DNA of 64,000 bases from Alkalispirochaeta sp. (GTDB lineage Bacteria; Spirochaetota; Spirochaetia; DSM-27196; Alkalispirochaetaceae). The stretch's first letter is position 1; every line of letters starts with the position of its first letter. The notes below the pieces were generated by a model that worked only from the letters and a program-made list of their open reading frames with translations, made no database searches and had not been told where the DNA came from. The stretch lies in contig CBDESZ010000006.1 in NCBI GenBank assembly GCA_965242725.1, forward strand, positions 1 to 64,000, in the 5' to 3' direction. Below, piece by piece: positions 57,901 to 64,000 of the stretch. Position numbers and translations under genes: made by a program.

Positions 57901-58644
57901 TTACCTGAACCGTCTCAAACTTCGAACGGAAAAGAGCGCACCGTCCAGGGACGCGTCGTGCTCTATGCTCTCTATTTCCATCACCGTGCGACGGCCGGAG
58001 CCCGGCAGTTCCACGACCGTTTTTGCTGCGTACCAGTATCCCTGGTGGCGACCGACATCCTCTACCGTGAGTCGCTTGACGACGGACCCGTCCTGAAGAA
58101 GTTCCGTTCGTACCGGCAAGTAGCTCTCGCCGTCGACGACCATCCTCGCGCCGTCGTAGGTGGAGTTTTCCTTCTTTGACCGAAGCTCCAGGGCATAGTC
58201 CGGACCCGTCCTGCTCCAGCTCACCACCTCATAGGTGTCGGAGTAGTCTATCTCCGCTATATCTTCGTACGTTAGGCCGGTTCCCATGAACTCCTCATTC
58301 TTCACGTGGGAGGCGATCCTCCGCTCTCGCCGAAAGGCCGGAAGGTAGAGGTAAATGAGGTCGTCGTCACGATCCTGGACGTCGATGAGAAGGGCGACTC
58401 CCCGGATGTCCGCCGGAGAGAGAAAGCGCATGAGAAATTGATCGCTTCCTCGCTGGTACATCCTGACGGAACGAGTCTCACTCGCGCCCCGGCCGTCGCT
58501 GATCGTCATCGAGAGGACCGCTTCCATGTCGGTGTCCGGATTGGCCGCCGCCTCGGCATTGGCGAGGATATCCTCGCCGGTCTGGGCGAAGGCACCTGTC
58601 CCGGCCAGCAGGAATAGTAGCGATGCCACAAGTAGCTTCTTCAT
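57901..58644 (-). CDS. Outer-membrane lipoprotein-sorting (LolA-like) protein
   Basis: RFLSPADIRGVALL...YLYLPAFRRERRI...FMGTGLTYEDI. Confidence 0.88.
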   Translation of the reverse strand: MKKLLVASLLFLLAGTGAFAQTGEDILANAEAAANPDTDMEAVLSMTISDGRGASETRSVRMYQRGSDQFLMRFLSPADIRGVALLIDVQDRDDDLIYLYLPAFRRERRIASHVKNEEFMGTGLTYEDIAEIDYSDTYEVVSWSRTGPDYALELRSKKENSTYDGARMVVDGESYLPVRTELLQDGSVVKRLTVEDVGRHQGYWYAAKTVVELPGSGRRTVMEIESIEHDASLDGALFSVRSLRRFR

Positions 58645-61441
58645 ACTAATGCTCCTTTCTTTGATAGGTGTCCTAGTGAACGGCTGTCCCGCCCGCCACC
58701 AATGGCAAGAAGTAGGGCGGGCAGCAGAATAAGGGTGTAGGCAGCGCTCGCGAGGAGCGATAGTCCGAGAAGACCACCGAATATCCGTATATGCTGTCCT
58801 GCCGCGAAGTTGAGTATTTCGAATCCGATACCGACGGAAACCGCATTAATGACGATGGCGACGCCGGTGGTTCGGAGAGTAATTCGGAGTGCCTCCTCGC
58901 TCCCACCGGTTCGTGCCAATTCGCGACGGAACTTGGTTACCAGGTGGATGGCGTAGTCTATGCCCAGCCCGATGACCGCGCTTGCGATGAGGGCGGTAAA
59001 CGAGTCGAGACCGATACCTGCGAAACCGAGGATCGCAAAATTGGTGAGTACCGTAAGAAGCGTGGGTGCCAGGGCGACAAATCCGAGCTTAAGTGATTTG
59101 AATACCAGAACCAAGACCAGGAGAATGACTCCAAGGGTGATCGCGACGCTCTGGATCTGTGTCGGCAGAAGGCGATTCTCCATTTCGGTGAGTACCGGAA
59201 CCATGCCTGTCAATGCGGCCTCCAAGGGTACTTCGCGAATCAGTCCGGCTTTGAGAAGCGACTCGTTCTGCGTGAAGTCGTTTACGGAGATCGGGGCAAA
59301 CTCGCTGGTAGCTTCGTGAACGATACCTCCGACGCGTTTTTCAATAGAAGCTTGCGACGGCTTCTCCAGGACCGGCCGTTGAAGTTGCGACAGGAGCGCA
59401 TCATCTTTGGCTTGTCGGACGGCACGTTCCGCCTCAAAAAGGAGAGAATCGGCGAGCCACAGACGATCCATCTCCGTTGTTTCCGGAAGGAAAGGGGCCA
59501 ATTCGGCGGCGAGATCATCGGGATTCGGCGGTGACCCAGATGGGGCTTCAACGATCACCTCGGCCACCGCCGTCGCGATGAGTCGCGCCGTTTCCTCCCG
59601 TGAAATCGTTATTTCCGACCGATCACTCCTAAGATACGATGAGACGGCCGACTCGATGACCGGACGTTGCGTGTCTGGGCCCGATCGAACGACGGCCGTC
59701 TTGAGTCGCCGACCAAGCTCTAGTCGCTCATTTTCTTCGAGCCCGAGGTACCGGGAGAGGCGCTCGGCGGCAACGTTTGCCTGGAGCCGTGAAACGACGA
59801 GCCTGCCTTGCGGGTTCAGCAGCCTCTTGTCTATAACAAACAACCGTGACGGAAGCTCGCTTAGGTAACGCCCCATTGACACCGTGGAGGCGCTCATATC
59901 GGCGGTAGCCATTGACGTGACCCGACCCTGGATGAGCGCTTCCTGATCCCCGGGGCCGACGAACTGATCCATGCTCTCCTCGCCGTCGATTAACAGCCAT
60001 AGACCGGCTGCGTACCCGCAAACTCCTGGATATTCTGTATCGTTTGTAATAGTGCAGGGTCCTTGACATCTCCTTTAACGGAAACCTGCAGAGGCAGGGA
60101 GCCGCCGAATCGATCGCGAAGCATCATCTCCGCCGCATACGGTTTGCTGTTCTTGGCGAGGCAGAGACTCCAATCGACGTTGGCCGTTATAAGCGGTATG
60201 CCCGCTACCGCAATGGTCGTCAGAGCCCCGAAGGCAATGAGAATCTCTTTCTTCTTTTGGTGAATATAGCCCGAGAGGCGGTCCATCAGTCGCTCGGCGG
60301 GTGAGTCATCCCAGTTATCAACGCCGTTACCGGTTTTACGGCTGAGAAGCGCCGCCAGCGGGGGAAGGAAAAAGATGGTGACGACCAATGCCAGAAAGAT
60401 CGCAAGGGTAACGGCAAGTCCGAAGGTCTTGATGATCCTGAAGTCGGAAACAACGAGGGAAGCGAAGCCGACCATCGTGGTTACAGAGGTCAGGAGTATC
60501 GGAACGCCCAATTCCACGACGCTCTCTCTCATGGCTTCAGTTGGACGGCGCCCTCCCCGGCGTTCCTCGGAATACTTCTTCATAAGGTGAATGCCGTCGG
60601 CACTTCCCATCGCGATGAGAATAACCGGCATGATGGCGGTCAGGATGTCCAGGGGTACGTCGAGGAGTGAAAGAATACCCACCGCCCACACGGCACTTAC
60701 CGCGACGACCAGCAAAGGAAAGATCACGCCGCTGAGCGATCGAAAGGCGAAGTAGAGAACTACAATAAGGAAGAGAAGAATGAGGGGGACGAGGAGCGAC
60801 AAATTTGAAATAATACCTTGAGACATGGAATACATCACAAAGGGCATGCCGCCGAAGTAGAACCCCTCAGTACTACCATTTGCGGCCGTCGTTTGCGAGA
60901 TAACACGTTCCGCCAGTGCCATATGGTCGGCGGAAGGCTCAAAGGTAAGCAAAAGGAGCGCCGACTCGCCCGCGTCGTCCAGAAGGATACCCCGGTAGAG
61001 CTCCTTGGCGGTTACATAGCTCTGCAGGTCGTCGAGATCCGGGCGGCCCTCGGGAATCTCCGTTCCCACGAGATCCTCGATGCTGATACCGTAGGGAGTT
61101 TCCTTGACGTCGGCGGCGTTGGCGATGCTCAGGACGCTCGCCACCCCGTCAATATCGCCGTATCGTGCCGTGAGCTCCGAGAGAATCGTCAGGTTTTCGC
61201 GGCTAAAGAGAGGCCGCCCGTCGGAAGGATCAAAGATTACCATCGCCAGGTAATTCGATTCGAAAACCTCACCGGCCCGGTAAAACTCCTGAACAACCTC
61301 GCTATCGTCGGAGAGGTAGGTCACGAAATCCGTATTGATCTGGATCTTCCACGCTTTAAAACCGAGAAACCCGGTTAGTGCGGTTATCAACAAAACCACG
61401 GCGATTCGGTGTCGCAGAATCCAGGTAACCAGTGCGCGCAT
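58641..61441 (-). pseudogene. MMPL/RND-family transporter, split by a frameshift near 59990
   Basis: Two MMPL halves (AMGSADGIH; GLGIDYAIH). The second frame is open upstream of its ATG (LWLLIDGEESMDQ), overlapping the first ORF's end. Confidence 0.75.
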
Positions 61442-61458
61442 TCGACAACTCCTAATGG

Positions 61459-61490
61459 TATCAATACCATACCAGGGTAGGGTATTGATA
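61459..61490. promoter_or_regulatory. Double CsoR-type operator upstream of the MMPL operon
   Basis: Perfect IR TATCAATACC-N12-GGTATTGATA containing two overlapping ATACC-N7-GGTA(T/G) sites. Confidence 0.65.
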
Positions 61491-61585
61491 GTATACCACC
61501 AGCTTCACGAGCCGTCAACTTCACGACGCTCTATCTCTTTCCCTGCTTCTCTTGGATTTCGAGGTACAACTATGGGGAGGAGCGC

Positions 61586-61622
61586 AAAACAAAAAGAGGG
61601 CCGCTTCGCGCGGCGGCCCTCT
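61586..61622 (-). terminator. Rho-independent terminator
   Basis: AGAGGGCCGC-N8-GCGGCCCTCT stem followed by a U-tract on the minus strand. Confidence 0.8.
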
Positions 61623-61652
61623 ACCCTGATTACCTCAATCGGATAAGTCTAT

Positions 61653-62711
61653 CTACTGTTGGAGATCGAACTCCATGATTCCGTGGTTTTCGGAGAGGTA
61701 GCTTCGCACTTCCTCCTCGGTGGGGTCTATGAATATTGGTGAGTCGACCAAAAACTCCCGGTCGCTCTCCATGGACATTTCTCCGGATAGCATCATTTCA
61801 AGAACCTCGTAGGACTTCTCCGCTACCCCTCTTACATTTAGAGCGACCTGTGCCTGCCAGAACTCCTCTTCCATGAGATTGCGCAAAGCGGCTTCGCTTC
61901 CCCCCACCGCGACGATCGCGGGCGGTTCACCAACTACGATGCCGCCGTTTCGAATCACCTGTGCGGCTGCGAAACCTCGCTGATCGCTCGTGGCGTAGAT
62001 GATGTTGATCTCCGGGGAGTTGAGCAATGCCGATTCCGTGACCCGAAGGGCGCTTGCCACGGTTCCGAGGTCTTCCTGGTTGGCCACGACTTCGAACTCG
62101 GGGACGCGAGAACGAAAGCCTTCCAAGAAGCCGCGTTCCCGATTGGCGTCGCGTTGGACGGTCTCGTTATTGAGTACGAGTATCCGCGGCATGGTGTCCG
62201 GGGCAACGTCGGAGAATCGCTCAGCCACCCGTTGTCCGAGGGCGCGGCAGGTTTCGTATTCGGAGAAACCGACAAAGGGCGCTCGAATCCCCGGCGCCGG
62301 TCGAATGCCGTGGATGGCGATGGGGACCCCCGCCTCCTGTGCCATGCGTACCGCCTGGCCGGCGGCGTACGGGTCATGCTGAAAGACGAGGATAGCGTCG
62401 ACGCCGAGATCCAACAGGCGCCGCGTTGCAAACTCAAGGTCGTTGGCCGTGACGCCGGCCTCTACCTGGATTAGTTTGAAGTCCTTCTCTCGCGATAGAC
62501 GTCGCCACTGCTCGCGAAAAGCGGACCCAAAGCTCATGTACTCCACTCCGTTGTAGGCGAAGGTCGGCTCGAAGGTAATGTGAACGATTCCCAGGGTTCT
62601 GGAACCCTCTCCGGTAATCTCCTCGGAACTACCCGCGGCCGCCGCGGTCCCGGCGAGCAGAAGAATGCTCGCTACTACGATCGAAACGGTTATCAAGCCT
62701 TTACGCATCAT
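61653..62711 (-). CDS. Sugar ABC transporter substrate-binding protein (RbsB-like)
   Basis: Signal peptide; GVDAILV...AQEAGVPI...RERGF...PEINIIYATSD. Confidence 0.85.
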   Translation of the reverse strand: MMRKGLITVSIVVASILLLAGTAAAAGSSEEITGEGSRTLGIVHITFEPTFAYNGVEYMSFGSAFREQWRRLSREKDFKLIQVEAGVTANDLEFATRRLLDLGVDAILVFQHDPYAAGQAVRMAQEAGVPIAIHGIRPAPGIRAPFVGFSEYETCRALGQRVAERFSDVAPDTMPRILVLNNETVQRDANRERGFLEGFRSRVPEFEVVANQEDLGTVASALRVTESALLNSPEINIIYATSDQRGFAAAQVIRNGGIVVGEPPAIVAVGGSEAALRNLMEEEFWQAQVALNVRGVAEKSYEVLEMMLSGEMSMESDREFLVDSPIFIDPTEEEVRSYLSENHGIMEFDLQQ

Positions 62712-62832
62712 TTCATTCCTTGATTTCGTGCTATTGCATCTAAGAAACTACGGTTCTTGGACATCCCTCGACAAGCGGCGCCGCCGTTCCCGGCTGGTCG
62801 CGGGCCCTCAAGAGGGGACGGCGCCGAAGCGG

Positions 62833-63795
62833 CTACCTATTTGGGGTTCTTTGCCGGGCTCTTACGACGACCAGAAAGATCACACCCCCCAGCGCCATAA
62901 GGACGCTTAAGATCTGGCCCATGGTGAAATTGAAAGGCGAAAGCAGCAGCCATGGCGGATTGTTCTCGGTGCCAAGCTGAAGCACGAAGTCAAGGCCGGG
63001 ATCCGGGGTGCGGAAGTACTCCGCGATAAACCGGGCGACGGAGTAGCCGATGAGATACGCGCCGATGAGAAATCCGTCGAAGGGCTTTCTTTTGCGAAAG
63101 ACGAACCAGAGAATGAACCAAAGGAGGACGCCTTCAAGAAACGCCTCGTAGAGTTGCGACGGGTGGCGAGGAAGATTGACAAGCTCCTGGCCGGTCACAT
63201 CGATGCCGACCGTTGCGGCGGTCTCCCGGACCGCCGGGACGCTCGTGGGAAGCCGGCGTGCGTGCGGAAAGAGCACGCCCCAGGGAAGCGTGGTTACGCG
63301 TCCATAGAGCTCCATGTTTAGGAAATTGCCGATTCTGCCGAAGGTGTAGCCCAGGGGTATGGCTGCCGATAGGAGGTCTCCGGTAGCGAGGATTGGTAGC
63401 CTCTTTCTCTTGCTGTAGAGCAAGAAGGCGATAATGCCTCCGATGAGCCCGCCGTGGTAGCTCATCCCGGCCAGTCCGGTGAAGTTCATCTCCTCGTCAA
63501 AGGGCCAGAATATGAGCCACGGTTTGGAAATGTAGGTCCCGCTGGTGTCGTAGACGGTTGCCGCTACGATTCTGGCGCCGATAATGATGCCGAGTATTAT
63601 CCAGAAGAAGAGGTCGGCAATATCCTCTCGCCCGACGCGGGCAAGCACTCCGGACCGCTGCTGCTTCAGCTGGACCACGGTCAAAACGTAGGCGAGGCCG
63701 AAGGCGACGAGGTACATTAGCCCGTACCACCGAATCGGGAGGCCGGGTATTATCGTAGGGGAAATCCATTCAGGATAGCGTAGGTAGAGGTTCAT
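62833..63795 (-). CDS. lgt: Prolipoprotein diacylglyceryl transferase
   Basis: IRWYGLMY, GMSYHGG, GRIGNFLNMELYGR, RHPSQLYE. Confidence 0.96.
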   Translation of the reverse strand: MNLYLRYPEWISPTIIPGLPIRWYGLMYLVAFGLAYVLTVVQLKQQRSGVLARVGREDIADLFFWIILGIIIGARIVAATVYDTSGTYISKPWLIFWPFDEEMNFTGLAGMSYHGGLIGGIIAFLLYSKRKRLPILATGDLLSAAIPLGYTFGRIGNFLNMELYGRVTTLPWGVLFPHARRLPTSVPAVRETAATVGIDVTGQELVNLPRHPSQLYEAFLEGVLLWFILWFVFRKRKPFDGFLIGAYLIGYSVARFIAEYFRTPDPGLDFVLQLGTENNPPWLLLSPFNFTMGQILSVLMALGGVIFLVVVRARQRTPNR

Positions 63796-64000
63796 CGAGA
63801 CTCCTTGTGATGGTCGTGGACAAAGAGAAATAGGAGATGAAAGTGGTTCAGGAGGACGTTAAGCAGTTCGTCGTCGCCCCCGTTCCTCTCGGAGGTGACC
63901 GCCGCAAGAACGCAGACGATCCCGCCCTCCTGATAGCCGCTACGGATTATCAGCGGCGCCGAGTCGCCCGACTGGGGCGACTGCTTGCTCAAAGCAAGCT
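63792..64000 (-). CDS. Hypothetical protein, probably 5'-partial
   Basis: Its TGA overlaps the lgt ATG; no recognisable motif. Confidence 0.35.
   Translation of the reverse strand, partial: LALSKQSPQSGDSAPLIIRSGYQEGGIVCVLAAVTSERNGGDDELLNVLLNHFHLLFLFVHDHHKESR

Noticed and set aside
8474..62474. Long antisense ORFs (e.g. 39908-41110, 49889-51121, 34119-35120)
   Set aside because: Shadows of well-supported genes in GC-rich DNA.
1..64000. CRISPR array, tRNA, rRNA, integron integrase, phage genes
   Set aside because: No regularly spaced repeats, RNA gene signatures, tyrosine recombinase or virion ORFs were seen.

Overview
About 64 kb of GC-rich bacterial DNA, probably a free-living spirochaete. 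This is inferred from 'FAGG.E/SGRGE'-type signal peptides, tandem lnt genes and a spirochaete-type M23 peptidase. 1-6.2 kb holds a nest of IS elements that breaks into a minus-strand integron gene-cassette array. The array has two attC sites, a HEPN/MNT toxin-antitoxin cassette and a truncated type IIG-like restriction-modification cassette; no integrase lies in the window, and an ISL3 cuts the array off. The rest is a large, partly decaying heavy-metal island. It carries copB+xth, a two-component system heading an operon of LDCC-motif, SHOCT, NusG-II and CueP genes that runs into rnfCDGEAB-rseC, and a CsoR-like repressor with three CsoR-type operators. It also has a mer-like operon without merA, two more P1B ATPases plus a deleted copy of one, MerR and CmtR/ArsR regulators, a split feoB, two YncE-type propellers, lnt x2 and lgt, an MMPL/LolA-like/beta-barrel trio, two further TA pairs, a UbiB-ATC hydrolase fusion and a candidate structured RNA. 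No rRNA, tRNA or CRISPR array was seen. All family calls come from motif recognition, not database searches.
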